From Dehalococcoidia bacterium (GTDB lineage Bacteria; Chloroflexota; Dehalococcoidia; Plut-88900): DNA of 64,000 nucleotides. Within the stretch, counting starts at the first letter, position 1. Every line of letters begins with the position of its first letter. Shown here one piece after another: positions 28,857 through 38,798 of this stretch. Location of the stretch: positions 384,001-448,000 of the forward strand of contig OZ240219.1 of the NCBI GenBank assembly GCA_965197645.1, read 5' to 3'. The notes beneath the pieces are model-generated. The model made no database searches. It worked only from the letters and a program-made list of their open reading frames with translations, and was not told the DNA's origin. The position numbers and the translations under genes are program-made.

Positions 28857-28943
28857 ACTCCTCCCCGTTTTCCTCCTGCCATTCCTCTTTTACCTGCAGC
28901 CTCTCAACCGAGTTTCGCACTTGGCTCAACGTAAGACCTTCGA

Positions 28944-28973
28944 TTGACATTTGCTTCTGCCCGCATGTACAAT
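28944..28973 (+). promoter_or_regulatory. putative sigma70-type promoter
   Basis: TTGACA-18 nt-TACAAT upstream of the thiolase gene. Confidence 0.55.
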
Positions 28974-29084
28974 ACCGCCGCTTGTTAGCCGTTTCCCGAT
29001 AGCCTCGCTTTTGAAGCTCTCGGCGCGGCGCAGGAGGTGGGGACTCTCCCCTTTACCACACGCAATCATCTCAAGGAGGTAACC

Positions 29085-30230
29085 ATGGCAGATCTCTCGC
29101 GAAAAGCTGCCATCGTCGGTGTCGATGAATCCGACGAAATCGGAACCGTTCCCAACAAGTCCCGGCTGCAGCACGCCGCCGAGGCCTCTTTCAACGCCCT
29201 CGATGACGCCGGTCTGACCCTCAAGGACATCGACGCCATCTTCATCGCAGGTCCATCTCCCTACGTGATGGCCGAGTACCTGGGCTTCACCCCCAAGTTT
29301 ACCGATGGGACCCAGGTGGGCGGCTCGTCCTTCGTCATCCACGTGGGCCACGCCCTGGCAGCCATCAACGCCGGCTGGATAGAAACGGCCCTCATAATCC
29401 ACGGCGAGGCAGGCAGGAGCAGCAGGGCCTACGGCGAGGCGGACCACAACATGCCCGCGGCCCAGTACGAAGAGCCCTACGGCTTCGTGATCGAGCCTCA
29501 CGCCTACGGCCTGGCCTGCTCCCGCTACATGCACGAGTTCGGTGTCGAGCGGACCCAGAACGCTCTCGCCGAGATTGCCGTATCCACCCGCAAGTGGGCT
29601 CAGCTCAACCCCAAAGCCGTGATGAAAGACGATATGACCCTGGAGGACTATCACAACTCTCGCATAATCTCCTGGCCCTTCCACCTCTTCGACTGCTGCC
29701 TCGTGACCGATGGCGGCGGCGCCACCGTGATAGCATCAGCCGACGTGGCCCGAAACACCAAGAAGAAGCCCGTGTGGATACTGGGCACTGCGGAAGGCCA
29801 CGACCACGGCGAAGGTATCGGGCAGCAGGCAGACCTGCTCTCGACCGTCGCACGGGAGACCGGCCCCAGGGCCCTCTCCATGGCGGGCGTGACCCACGAC
29901 GACATCGACGTAGCCATGATCTACGACTCCTTCACCTACACCACCCTCGTAACCCTGGAGAGCCTGGGGTTCTGCGGAAGGGGCGAAGGTCCCGACTTCG
30001 TCGCCAACCAGCGTACGGCGCCGGGCGGCGAGTTCGCCCTCAACACCAACGGCGGCGGCCTCTCCTACTGCCACACAGGCATGTACGGGATGTTTCTACT
30101 GCTGGAGGCTGCTCGACAGCTCAGGGGCGAATGCGGTGACAGGCAGGTGCCCGATGCCAAGCTTTCCCTGGTTAACGGAACGGGAGGCACTCTCTCCTCC
30201 TGTGGCACCCTGATACTGGGCTCTGACTAA
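29085..30230 (+). CDS. SCP2/Ltp2-type thiolase-like protein (probable aldolase; acylation Cys absent)
   Basis: DCCLVTDGG, IYDSFT, LNTNGGGLSYCH; QVGGSS at the acylation-Cys position; AAGGAGG RBS. Confidence 0.88.
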   Translation: MADLSRKAAIVGVDESDEIGTVPNKSRLQHAAEASFNALDDAGLTLKDIDAIFIAGPSPYVMAEYLGFTPKFTDGTQVGGSSFVIHVGHALAAINAGWIETALIIHGEAGRSSRAYGEADHNMPAAQYEEPYGFVIEPHAYGLACSRYMHEFGVERTQNALAEIAVSTRKWAQLNPKAVMKDDMTLEDYHNSRIISWPFHLFDCCLVTDGGGATVIASADVARNTKKKPVWILGTAEGHDHGEGIGQQADLLSTVARETGPRALSMAGVTHDDIDVAMIYDSFTYTTLVTLESLGFCGRGEGPDFVANQRTAPGGEFALNTNGGGLSYCHTGMYGMFLLLEAARQLRGECGDRQVPDAKLSLVNGTGGTLSSCGTLILGSD

Positions 30231-30264
30231 CTGAAACCGGAGAGAACTTCGAGAGGAGATTAAC

Positions 30265-30675
30265 ATGGCAGACTACGATCTTCCCCTTCCCGTAGCCCAA
30301 CCCGAGTCCGACTACTACTGGGAGAAGGCCAAGGCCCACGAGCTCTGGCTGCGAAAGTGCAACGCCTGCAACAAGGCCTACTTCTATCCCAGGGACTTCT
30401 GCCCTACCTGCCAAAGCAAGGACGTGACCTGGATACAGAGTAGCGGCAAGGGCACGCTATACGCCTTTTCCATCGTGCACCGCTCTCCGCCGCCATTCCG
30501 GGCGGTTTGTCCCTACGTCATCGCTCTGGTAGAGGTCGAAGACGGCGCTCGCATCCCGACCAACATCGTCATCGAAGACCCGACCCCGGAGAACCTCTCC
30601 GTGGGCATGGCCCTCGAGGTCACTTTCGACGACGTAACCGAAGAGGTAACCCTACCCAAGTTCAAGCCCGCCTAG
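30265..30675 (+). CDS. DUF35 Zn-ribbon/OB-fold protein
   Basis: CNAC..PRDFCPTC, GKGTLYAFS, LPKFKP; typical thiolase partner. Confidence 0.92.
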   Translation: MADYDLPLPVAQPESDYYWEKAKAHELWLRKCNACNKAYFYPRDFCPTCQSKDVTWIQSSGKGTLYAFSIVHRSPPPFRAVCPYVIALVEVEDGARIPTNIVIEDPTPENLSVGMALEVTFDDVTEEVTLPKFKPA

Positions 30676-30694
30676 CTGCTTCGGAAAGCGGACC

Positions 30695-30730
30695 AAAAAA
30701 GGGGCGTCCACTCGCGAGTGGACGCCCCTT
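30695..30730. terminator. intrinsic terminator, probably bidirectional
   Basis: aaggggcgtccac-tcgcga-gtggacgcccctt with an A6 tract, between convergent genes. Confidence 0.85.
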
Positions 30731-30750
30731 ATCTATTGGCCGGACTATCG

Positions 30751-31449
30751 CTAGTTGGATGAAAAGCGGTTTTTGGGCAGCTCCTCGATCGAGGAATCGT
30801 CCGAGTCTGCTTTCTCTTTGGCCTCTAGGAAGAGCCGCAAGGCCAGGTTCTCAGCCTCCAGCAGCTTGAGCTCCTCCGTTATCCTATCCGCCACCGACAA
30901 CGTCTCCAGCAGCATCTGCTTCCGCCGCATATCCGTCTTGATGATGGATGCAATCTTGTAAGACAGCTTCTCCGGATCGTTCAGAGGTTTGACCGGCCTG
31001 GGCTTTGCCCCGGCCAGCTTGGCATAGAGACCTACGTAAGTATCGAAGTGGCCGTTGAGCCGGATCGTCAGCCGGTCCAGGTCCTCCACCTGCTCCTCCT
31101 GCGGAGCCAGCCACTCGACGGTACCGACCAGGTAGGGCAGATCATGATTCAGCTCAAGGATCCTGAACCGCTTCTCCCCTATCGTGGCGATGTTCATTCG
31201 TCCGTCCGGCTGGGACACGACGTCGGTTATGCGGGCTAAAGTACCTACGTCATAGGGAACGGCGGCCTCGCCCACCTCTCGGCCGGACCTGATGAGCACA
31301 ACCCCGAAGCACCTCTCGCCTTCCAGGCATCGCCTCATCATCAGCCTGTACCGCTCTTCGAAGATGTGGAGCGGCAAAGTCATTCCCGGGAACAGTACCG
31401 TCCCCAGAGGGAACAGGGGCATCTCCTGAGGTTCGATGTTTCCCATCAC
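30751..31449 (-). CDS. LON peptidase substrate-binding domain protein
   Basis: PLFPLGTVLFPGMTLPLHIFEERYRLM. Confidence 0.92.
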   Translation of the reverse strand: MMGNIEPQEMPLFPLGTVLFPGMTLPLHIFEERYRLMMRRCLEGERCFGVVLIRSGREVGEAAVPYDVGTLARITDVVSQPDGRMNIATIGEKRFRILELNHDLPYLVGTVEWLAPQEEQVEDLDRLTIRLNGHFDTYVGLYAKLAGAKPRPVKPLNDPEKLSYKIASIIKTDMRRKQMLLETLSVADRITEELKLLEAENLALRLFLEAKEKADSDDSSIEELPKNRFSSN

Positions 31450-31455
31450 AAAGCC

Positions 31456-31929
31456 TTATGAAGAGGAAGCGGGGGCCGGTTGTCCCGACTGGCTGGCCAC
31501 CAGCCTCTCCTCTATCAAACGAAAGTCCGACTCAGTCAGCAGGTGCACGTTACCCTGAAAGGCCAGGTGCCAGTGTTCGGCGGGCCACCTCTTCGGGTAC
31601 TCCATCTCCGGCACCACAGATTTCGCGTCCACGAACTGGGGCGGGGCCAGGATGACGTCCGGCTTGATCTCGACCCGGAAGGGGTAGTCCTCACCCTTTT
31701 TCTTACCGCTCCATATCGGGTTGTGGTCTTCGAAGTACTCCGAGGTTATGGTCGCCGTGCCCCCGAACTGCTGAATCCCCGTCAGGTAGTAAACTATCCG
31801 GTCGCCGGGGGCCATCTTCTCGGCCTTCTTGCGATGCCGGCTCTTCATTCCCTGGATCGAAAACTCCAGGTTTCTGGACACCTCGAAGTTGTCCGCCGAG
31901 CTTACCAACATCCAGTAGTTTGTACTCAT
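31456..31929 (-). CDS. EVE domain protein
   Basis: NYWMLV, MAPGDRIVYY, LTESDFRLI. Confidence 0.85.
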   Translation of the reverse strand: MSTNYWMLVSSADNFEVSRNLEFSIQGMKSRHRKKAEKMAPGDRIVYYLTGIQQFGGTATITSEYFEDHNPIWSGKKKGEDYPFRVEIKPDVILAPPQFVDAKSVVPEMEYPKRWPAEHWHLAFQGNVHLLTESDFRLIEERLVASQSGQPAPASSS

Positions 31930-31947
31930 ATAGCCGTTCGGTCCTCC

Positions 31948-32988
31948 CTAGCCTCCGATGTGATACATCTCCACCTTCTTGCCGGGCATATCCGAGCTCG
32001 TCGCCCGTTCCTCCGAGTACCGATCGATCCTATTGCTCCAGATGCCGACGATGATCTTGACAAGGTCGTCATCGGAAGCGCCGGCCCTCAGATGTTCACG
32101 CAGGTCACGCCCTTCCGAGGCGAACAGGCAGGTGTACACCTTCCCTTCGGCCGACAGCCGTGATCTGGTACAGTCGCCACAGAAGGGTTGGCTGACCGAC
32201 GCAATGACGCCTATCTCCCCAGCGCCGTCCCGGTAGCGGTACCGATTGGCCACCTCGCCGAAGTATTCGGGGTCCACCCGCTCCAGGGGCATCTCGGCAT
32301 CGATCATATCGACGATCTCGGCGGCCGTGACCACCTGCTCCGATTCCCACTGGTTCAGGTTGCCTACGTCCATGAACTCGATGAACCTCAATATGTGGCC
32401 CATCCCCTTCACATGGCGGGAAAGGTCTACTATGGTGTGGTCGTTGACGCCCTTCTGCACCACCACGTTGATCTTGACCGGCGATAGCCCAACTTCCGCT
32501 GCCGTTTCGATTCCCTCCAACACCTTCTTCGTGCCGAAGCCCCGGCCGTTCATCTTCCCGAAGATATCGTCGTCCAGGGTGTGCAGGCTCACCGTGATTC
32601 GCTTAAGGCCGGCGTCCTTGAGGGCCTGGGCCTGCTGGGCCAGAAGATAGCCGTTGGTGGTCAGCGCCAGGTCCTCCAGCCCCTCGATCTTCGCCAGTTG
32701 GGCCACCAAGACGCTTAGATCGGCCCTCAACAACGGCTCGCCGCCGGTCAACCGTATCTTGCGGACGCCGAGCCTTACGAACAGTCCTGCCAGCCGCGAT
32801 ATCTCCTCGAAGGTGAGTATCTCGTCTTTGGGCAGGAACTCGTACCTCTCGCCGTATATCTCGGCCGGCATGCAGAAGGGACATCGAAAGTTGCACCGAT
32901 CGGTGACGGATATTCGGAGGTCCCTCAGCGGTCTCCCGAACACGTCCAAGAGGGTGGGTGAACTGCTCTGGAGGATGGCGTCGTCCAT
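31948..32988 (-). CDS. moaA: GTP 3',8-cyclase
   Basis: DLRISVTDRCNFRCPFCMP, FCGDCTRSRL..YTCLF, C-terminal IGG. Confidence 0.97.
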   Translation of the reverse strand: MDDAILQSSSPTLLDVFGRPLRDLRISVTDRCNFRCPFCMPAEIYGERYEFLPKDEILTFEEISRLAGLFVRLGVRKIRLTGGEPLLRADLSVLVAQLAKIEGLEDLALTTNGYLLAQQAQALKDAGLKRITVSLHTLDDDIFGKMNGRGFGTKKVLEGIETAAEVGLSPVKINVVVQKGVNDHTIVDLSRHVKGMGHILRFIEFMDVGNLNQWESEQVVTAAEIVDMIDAEMPLERVDPEYFGEVANRYRYRDGAGEIGVIASVSQPFCGDCTRSRLSAEGKVYTCLFASEGRDLREHLRAGASDDDLVKIIVGIWSNRIDRYSEERATSSDMPGKKVEMYHIGG

Positions 32989-33121
32989 GACTGGTTGTGC
33001 AACGATGTCGCCTGAAGCTACTATTTTACATCCGCACGCCTGGAAAGTACAGATAAACGCAGCCGGCCCCCCCGATTACCCAGCCGGACCCTTTGTATAA
33101 TAGCCACCGGAGGCATCTTTC

Positions 33122-34303
33122 TTGTCCCGTAACCATCTTTCCGAACTCATCATAGACCTTATCAAACGAGAGGGTCCGATTACCTTCGCTCGGTTCATGG
33201 AGATGGCGCTCTACCACGTCCCGCTCGGATACTACGCTTCATCCAAACAACGGATAGGCCCCGAGGGCGATTTCTATACCAGCCCCCTGGCTCACCCCGC
33301 CTTCGGGGCACTCGTAGCGGTCCAGCTGGAGCAGATGTGGGAGGCCCTGGACGCCCCGGCCAGGTTCGTAGTCATCGAGATGGGGTCCGGCAAGGGAGTC
33401 CTGGCCAGAGACATCATAGACTACTCGACCAACCTCTCTCCCGAGTTCTCCAATGCCCTCGACTACGTCACCCTGGACAGAATGGATCCCGATCCTCCTC
33501 CTGATCGGCGCAACATCACAGGTTGCATCCTTTCCAATGAGCTCCTCGACGCCATGCCCGTCCACCGCGTGATACAACGGAACGGCCGTCTCACCGAGAT
33601 GTACGTGGAAGTGCAGAACGATGATCTGGCGGAGCTCCACGGCGAGCCTTCTACACCCAGGCTCCAACAACGCCTGGACACCCTCGGGGTATCCCTGGTC
33701 GATGGCCAGGAGGCCGAGATCAACCTGGTCCTGGAGGACTGGCTCCGTGACATATCGGCGACGTTGGGCCGGGGTTATGCAATGACCTTCGACTACGGAT
33801 ATGCCGCCTCAGAGCTTTACTCACCCAAGCGGCGGAAGGGCACCCTGATGTGCCACTACAAGCATACTACGAACGACCGTCCTCTTGCCCGGGTGGGCGA
33901 GCAGGACATTACCGCCCACGTAGACCTGACCTCCCTTATGTCCCTGGGAGAGAGATACGGGCTCCGGCATTGCGGCGCCATCAGTCAGGCCCGGTTCCTG
34001 GGCAACCTCGGCATGGGAAGCATGCTCAAAGGGCTTCACTCTATGGCCCTTTCGCCGGGCGACCACCAGGCCAACCAGCTCGGCATGCGCAACCTGGTAG
34101 ATGGCGAGGGGCTAGGACGATTTCAGGTGGTCGTCCAGGACAAGGGCGACGTCTCGTCAAGCCTCCGCGGTCTAGACCCGGAAGGTGTCTCTCCGGTGGA
34201 GGCGCTGGACCTGCCCACGCCCCTCCTCACCGACCGCCACATCAATCTGCTGGCCGGCCGTTATCCCCACCAGGCCTGGTCACCACCCGACTGGGACGAC
34301 TAG
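33122..34303 (+). CDS. SAM-dependent methyltransferase, MidA/NDUFAF7 family
   Basis: FARFMEMALY, GDFYTSP, EMGSGKG, NELLDAMP, DYG, QDITAHVD. Confidence 0.92.
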   Translation: MSRNHLSELIIDLIKREGPITFARFMEMALYHVPLGYYASSKQRIGPEGDFYTSPLAHPAFGALVAVQLEQMWEALDAPARFVVIEMGSGKGVLARDIIDYSTNLSPEFSNALDYVTLDRMDPDPPPDRRNITGCILSNELLDAMPVHRVIQRNGRLTEMYVEVQNDDLAELHGEPSTPRLQQRLDTLGVSLVDGQEAEINLVLEDWLRDISATLGRGYAMTFDYGYAASELYSPKRRKGTLMCHYKHTTNDRPLARVGEQDITAHVDLTSLMSLGERYGLRHCGAISQARFLGNLGMGSMLKGLHSMALSPGDHQANQLGMRNLVDGEGLGRFQVVVQDKGDVSSSLRGLDPEGVSPVEALDLPTPLLTDRHINLLAGRYPHQAWSPPDWDD

Positions 34304-34743
34304 TTCTCCAGCACCGCTTCGACGCTGAGCTCCACGTTCCCCTTCAGCGCCCCCGAGATAGGACAACCGTCTTTGGCCCCCTCGGCCGCCTTGGCGAACC
34401 CTTCCTGGTCGAGACCGGGCACCCGACCCGTGACGGTCAGCGCGCTCGAGGCCACCTTCCATCCCGCCTCCACCTTGTCAAAGGTCACCGTGGCGCTGAC
34501 CTCCAGCCTCTCCGGAGGAGTCCCACCTCTACCCAACCCCGCGGACAGTGCCATGCAGAAGCAGCTGGCGTGCGCCGAAGCCACCAGCTCTTCCGGGCTG
34601 GTCCGCCCATCCGATGATTCGGTGCGGGAGGCCCAGGTCACCGGCAACTCGTTGAAGGCCTGGCTGGTGCTGGCCGTTACGACCCCGCTGCCAGAAAGTA
34701 GGTCTCCTTCCCATACTGCTTTCGCTTCTCGTTTTGCGGCCAT
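34300..34743 (-). CDS. osmC: OsmC family peroxiredoxin
   Basis: TSPEELVASAHASCFCMAL, CPISGAL. Confidence 0.92.
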   Translation of the reverse strand: MAAKREAKAVWEGDLLSGSGVVTASTSQAFNELPVTWASRTESSDGRTSPEELVASAHASCFCMALSAGLGRGGTPPERLEVSATVTFDKVEAGWKVASSALTVTGRVPGLDQEGFAKAAEGAKDGCPISGALKGNVELSVEAVLEN

Positions 34744-34783
34744 TCGAATTCTCCTGTTCTATTCAGATATGAGTCCTTGAATG

Positions 34784-35527
34784 CTATCTCGCCACCCCTA
34801 CCAGTAGATACATAGGATCGCCTCTGTCACTCACGGGGTAGTCCCACTTCTCAAAATCGAACCCCGAAATCTCCATCAGGCGCTGCCACGTCTCCACTGG
34901 GAACAGCCCCGTAGTGTGATGGTCCTGCTCGATCCGCAGGCTGCCGCCTTCATCGAGCACAAAGAAGTACACCGTTTCGATGGTAGTATCCTTCGGGTCC
35001 GGGTCGTATGCGTACTCGATCAGGGTCAGGCTGCGACCGTCGACTTGGTTGGTGCTGTGGTCGACGTAGTGGTCTCTGTAGGTCTCCGAGTACCAGTCGG
35101 GAGCGGTAACGAAAACGCCACCGGGTTCCAGGTGGGCCTGGGCCGTGGCGAACGCCGCCAGCAGATCGTCCTCGTTCAGCATGTAGCAAATAGCGTCGTG
35201 GATCAGCACCGCATCGAACTTCCGGTCCAGCCTAAACGTACGCATGTCCCCAACGTGGTGCTCGACCCCAGGGTTGAGCTTCCGAGAGTGCTCCAGCATC
35301 TCCTCGGAGAGGTCGACAGCCGTGGCCTGGAAATCATCGACGAGGTGAGATAGGTTATGGCCGCCCCCCACCCCCAGCTCCAAAATCTTATGCCTGCCCA
35401 GACCCAGTTTCGCCCGCAACACCTTCCGCCAGTGGACGGCCTCGTCGGCGTAGTCTTCGGGAGGGCTTACCAGGGGCCACAGGTGGGCCAGGTCTGTGTA
35501 CATCCTATCCTGCTGCTCGGCCGGCAT
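34784..35527 (-). CDS. class I SAM-dependent methyltransferase
   Basis: LELGVGGG, VDLSEEML, GDMR, HLEPGG. Confidence 0.9.
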   Translation of the reverse strand: MPAEQQDRMYTDLAHLWPLVSPPEDYADEAVHWRKVLRAKLGLGRHKILELGVGGGHNLSHLVDDFQATAVDLSEEMLEHSRKLNPGVEHHVGDMRTFRLDRKFDAVLIHDAICYMLNEDDLLAAFATAQAHLEPGGVFVTAPDWYSETYRDHYVDHSTNQVDGRSLTLIEYAYDPDPKDTTIETVYFFVLDEGGSLRIEQDHHTTGLFPVETWQRLMEISGFDFEKWDYPVSDRGDPMYLLVGVAR

Positions 35528-35545
35528 CAGAGTCCCTTGACCGCC

Positions 35546-36931
35546 CTATGCTCCTCGAGGGATGAACTTGCCGTCTCCCGCCTGGCCCAGGAATCCTTTC
35601 TCCTGGACCACCGTCACCTTGCCTCTCAGCAGCACCTGCTCCACCCTGCCTGTGACCTCTCGTCCCTCGTAGGGCGTATAGTCCAGGCCCATGTGCTGGT
35701 TGCTCTGGCTGATGACATGCTTCCTCTTCGGATCGAAGATCACGAGGTCGGCGTCGCTGCCCACTGCCACAGTACCCTTCTTTGGATAGAGCCCAAACAG
35801 CTTGGCCGGCGACGTCGAAAGCAGGTCCACCATCCGATTGATGCTGATCCTACCTTGGCCCACCCCACCATCGTGGACAAGGTGCAACCGGCTCTCGATG
35901 CTGGGCAGTCCGTTGGGAATCTTGGAGAAGTCGTCCCGCCCCTCGTGCTTGCTGCCGGGCCCTTCGAAGCAGTAGGTGTTGTGATCGGTGGAGATCACGT
36001 CCAGGTCGCCGGTGGCGAGGCCGCTCCACAGCCGGTCTTCGTTACCCTTTGGTCGCAGCGGGGGAGAGCACACGTACTTCGCCCCCTCGAAGCCGGGACG
36101 GTCGTACTCCTCCTCCGAGAGGAACAGGTACTGGGGGCAGGTCTCGGCATAGACCGGCACACCCCGTTCCCGCGCATCTCGCACCGCTTCCAATGCATCT
36201 CCCGCGGAGAGGTGCACTATGTAGACCGGCGTACCGGCCAGCTCCGATAGAAATATCGCCCGGCGCGTTGCTTCGGCCTCTGCGCTCATGGGCCTGGTCG
36301 TAGCGTGATACTTGGGTGCAGTGAGGCCGGCGTCCAGCGCCTGCTTCACCAGCACGTCGATCACCTCACCGTTTTCGGCATGCAAACAGACCCTGCCGCC
36401 ATTTTCCCTGGACTGGAGCAGCGCCCGGAATATGGTGCCATCGTCAACCATGAGCGCCCCGGGGTAGGCCATGAACAGCTTGAAGCTGGACACCCCTTCG
36501 TCGACTACCCGGTCCATCTCCTTGACCCGGGATTCCGGCAGATCGGTAACTATCATGTGGAAAGCATAGTCTATGGCCGAGTTGCCCTCCGTCATCCCGT
36601 GCCATTCCTCCAGGCCCTGCCGGAGGTGTCCGCCCCGGCTCTGGGCCGAGAAATCGATGACCGTAGTGGTGCCTCCCCAAGCAGCGCCGATGGTGCAGTT
36701 TCTGAACTTCTCCGACGGACCGTTGGGATCGTCGGGAAAGGCAAGGTGAGTATGAGCGTCGACGCCCCCGGGCAGCACGTACCGGTCCTTGGCATCGATG
36801 ACTTGGGCGCCCTCGATGGGAAGGTCCAGCCCGATGGCCGTTATCACTTCGCCGCGAATGCCAACATCGGCCACCGTCGTATCCGACGCCGTCACCACCG
36901 TGCCGTCCCTGATTACCGTATCGAACTGCAT
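35546..36931 (-). CDS. hydA: dihydropyrimidinase/hydantoinase
   Basis: PGGVDAHTH, SSFKLFMAY, HAENG, ETCPQYL, STDH, IPNGLP. Confidence 0.93.
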   Translation of the reverse strand: MQFDTVIRDGTVVTASDTTVADVGIRGEVITAIGLDLPIEGAQVIDAKDRYVLPGGVDAHTHLAFPDDPNGPSEKFRNCTIGAAWGGTTTVIDFSAQSRGGHLRQGLEEWHGMTEGNSAIDYAFHMIVTDLPESRVKEMDRVVDEGVSSFKLFMAYPGALMVDDGTIFRALLQSRENGGRVCLHAENGEVIDVLVKQALDAGLTAPKYHATTRPMSAEAEATRRAIFLSELAGTPVYIVHLSAGDALEAVRDARERGVPVYAETCPQYLFLSEEEYDRPGFEGAKYVCSPPLRPKGNEDRLWSGLATGDLDVISTDHNTYCFEGPGSKHEGRDDFSKIPNGLPSIESRLHLVHDGGVGQGRISINRMVDLLSTSPAKLFGLYPKKGTVAVGSDADLVIFDPKRKHVISQSNQHMGLDYTPYEGREVTGRVEQVLLRGKVTVVQEKGFLGQAGDGKFIPRGA

Positions 36932-36988
36932 GCTGCTGCCCTCAATCGCGATCGGCAACTTGGAGAAGAGAGGCTAGTATCTAACCAG

Positions 36989-37792
36989 CTAGAACCCGGC
37001 GATATCCTCGCCGCCGTCGACACCGATCACGGTGCCGGTGATCCAGTGAGAATCTCCCGTGACCAGAGTCGCGATCGCGGCCGCCACGTCGTCCGGAGTA
37101 GTCATCCTGCCGCTGGGGTTGCTTTGTGATGCTGTGTCGATCAGCTCCTCGTGGCCCGGTATCTTCCTCAGCGCCGGGGTGTCGGTTATCCCCGCCCGAA
37201 CGGCGTTAACTGTGATCCCTTTGGACGCCAGCTCCATAGCCAGCTGCCGTATGTGGGACTCCAGCGCTGCCTTGGCCGCCGATACCGCCCCGTAGTTGGG
37301 CACCACCCGCTGCGATCCTGCACTGGTCATGGCGTATATCCGGCCACCTTCGCCCATCAGCCCTCGATACGACAGGTCCTGTACCCAGTAGACCAGGCTG
37401 TTGGCCATCACGTCCAGGGTCATCTCAATCTGCGCCTGACTTATAGAGTCTTTGGCTTCGGGAGCGACGTAGGGCTTCAGCGTTCCGAAGGCCAGGGAGT
37501 GGACCAGCACCTTGACCGTGCCGGGCGTCTCGCTGAACCTGGCCTCGACCCTGTCCAACACCTCGGCCCGATTGTCGGCGCCGGCGGCATTGGTGTTGAA
37601 GAACTCGGCATCCCGCCCCTGGGCCTTGATCTGCTCCGACAGCTTCTCAACGTTGCCGAGGGTCGACCTTCGGTCCAGGTGCACACCGAATATGTTCAAC
37701 CCGGCCTCGGCCAGCTTCCGAGCACAGGCCGCCCCGAAGCCACTGGAGGCTCCCAGTACTAATGCCCATTGCTCTACTTTTTCTGGGCCCAC
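36989..37792 (-). CDS. enoyl-ACP reductase-like SDR (FabL-like)
   Basis: LGASSGFG and YGAVSAAK (Yx6K spacing). Confidence 0.8.
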   Translation of the reverse strand: MGPEKVEQWALVLGASSGFGAACARKLAEAGLNIFGVHLDRRSTLGNVEKLSEQIKAQGRDAEFFNTNAAGADNRAEVLDRVEARFSETPGTVKVLVHSLAFGTLKPYVAPEAKDSISQAQIEMTLDVMANSLVYWVQDLSYRGLMGEGGRIYAMTSAGSQRVVPNYGAVSAAKAALESHIRQLAMELASKGITVNAVRAGITDTPALRKIPGHEELIDTASQSNPSGRMTTPDDVAAAIATLVTGDSHWITGTVIGVDGGEDIAGF

Positions 37793-37811
37793 TGATCTAC
37801 CTTTGCGGGAC

Positions 37812-38183
37812 TCAAGCTTCGCTGCCTCGCCTTCTCTGGATCTCCACGGCCGCAGATGAAAGAATGCTGCCCTTTATGGAGACCTCCGGTTTGCTGACCT
37901 TCACCTTCACCTCATCAACGGGACACGCGCCCAGTATCCGATCGCATATCTGCTGGGCCACCGCCTCGATGAGGTCGAACTGCTCATCCTCAACCACCGA
38001 TTTCACGAGCCGGTACACGTCGCCATAGTCTACGGTGTCCTGGAGATCGTCGGAGCGGCCGGCTGGCGCCAGGTCTGCGGACAACTCCACGTCGACCACG
38101 AACCGCTGGCCCCTGGTCTTCTCCTCTAGGCTGACGCCGTGGTAGCCGTAGAAGACCATCCCCTCCAGAACTATCCTATCCAG
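37812..38183 (-). CDS. folB: dihydroneopterin aldolase
   Basis: DRIVLEGMVFYGYHGV..GQRFVVD..DTVDY..KP; probable CTG start at 38183 after GGAGG. Confidence 0.93.
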   Translation of the reverse strand: MDRIVLEGMVFYGYHGVSLEEKTRGQRFVVDVELSADLAPAGRSDDLQDTVDYGDVYRLVKSVVEDEQFDLIEAVAQQICDRILGACPVDEVKVKVSKPEVSIKGSILSSAAVEIQRRRGSEA

Positions 38184-38197
38184 GGGTTCGGCCTCCG

Positions 38198-38767
38198 TTA
38201 GCCTGCGCTTCCGTCCAGGCCCAGGTCCGAAGCAACCCCCTTCAGCGCCTCGATCACCTCTGCGACGTGATCATCCAACTCGACTCCGAGCTGCTCCGAA
38301 CCGTTGTAGATATCCTCCCTGATCACCCCTCTGGCGAAGGACTTGTCCTTCAGCTTCTTCTTCACCGATTTCACCTTGACGTCCTTGATGTCCTTGTTCG
38401 GCCGTACCAGAGCGGTCGCCGTAACCAGCCCCACCAGTTCGTCGCAGGCGAAGATCGCCTTGTCCATGGGAGTCTTCCGATCCAGACCCAGGTAGTCCGC
38501 GTGGCACTGGATAGCGTAGATGATCTCCTCGGGATATCCCTTTTCCCTCAGGATTTTCGATCCCTCGACGGGGTGCTTATCGGCGGTGGGGTGCACCTCG
38601 TAGTCGAAGTCGTGTAGAAGCCCGACAATGCCCCACGTCTCCTCGTCTCCATCGTACTTGCGGGCGTAGGCACGCATAGCGGCCTCCACCCCCAGCCCGT
38701 GCTTTCTCAGGTTTTCGCTCTTGGTGTACTCGTGCAGAAGGGCCAGCGCCTCTTCTCGGGTCTTCAT
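38198..38767 (-). CDS. HD/HDIG domain hydrolase
   Basis: LRKH..VEAAM, GLLHDFDYE, ACDELVG. Confidence 0.9.
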   Translation of the reverse strand: MKTREEALALLHEYTKSENLRKHGLGVEAAMRAYARKYDGDEETWGIVGLLHDFDYEVHPTADKHPVEGSKILREKGYPEEIIYAIQCHADYLGLDRKTPMDKAIFACDELVGLVTATALVRPNKDIKDVKVKSVKKKLKDKSFARGVIREDIYNGSEQLGVELDDHVAEVIEALKGVASDLGLDGSAG

Positions 38768-38798
38768 TTCTGCTTCCTCCCTACGACGAGGCGCGATA

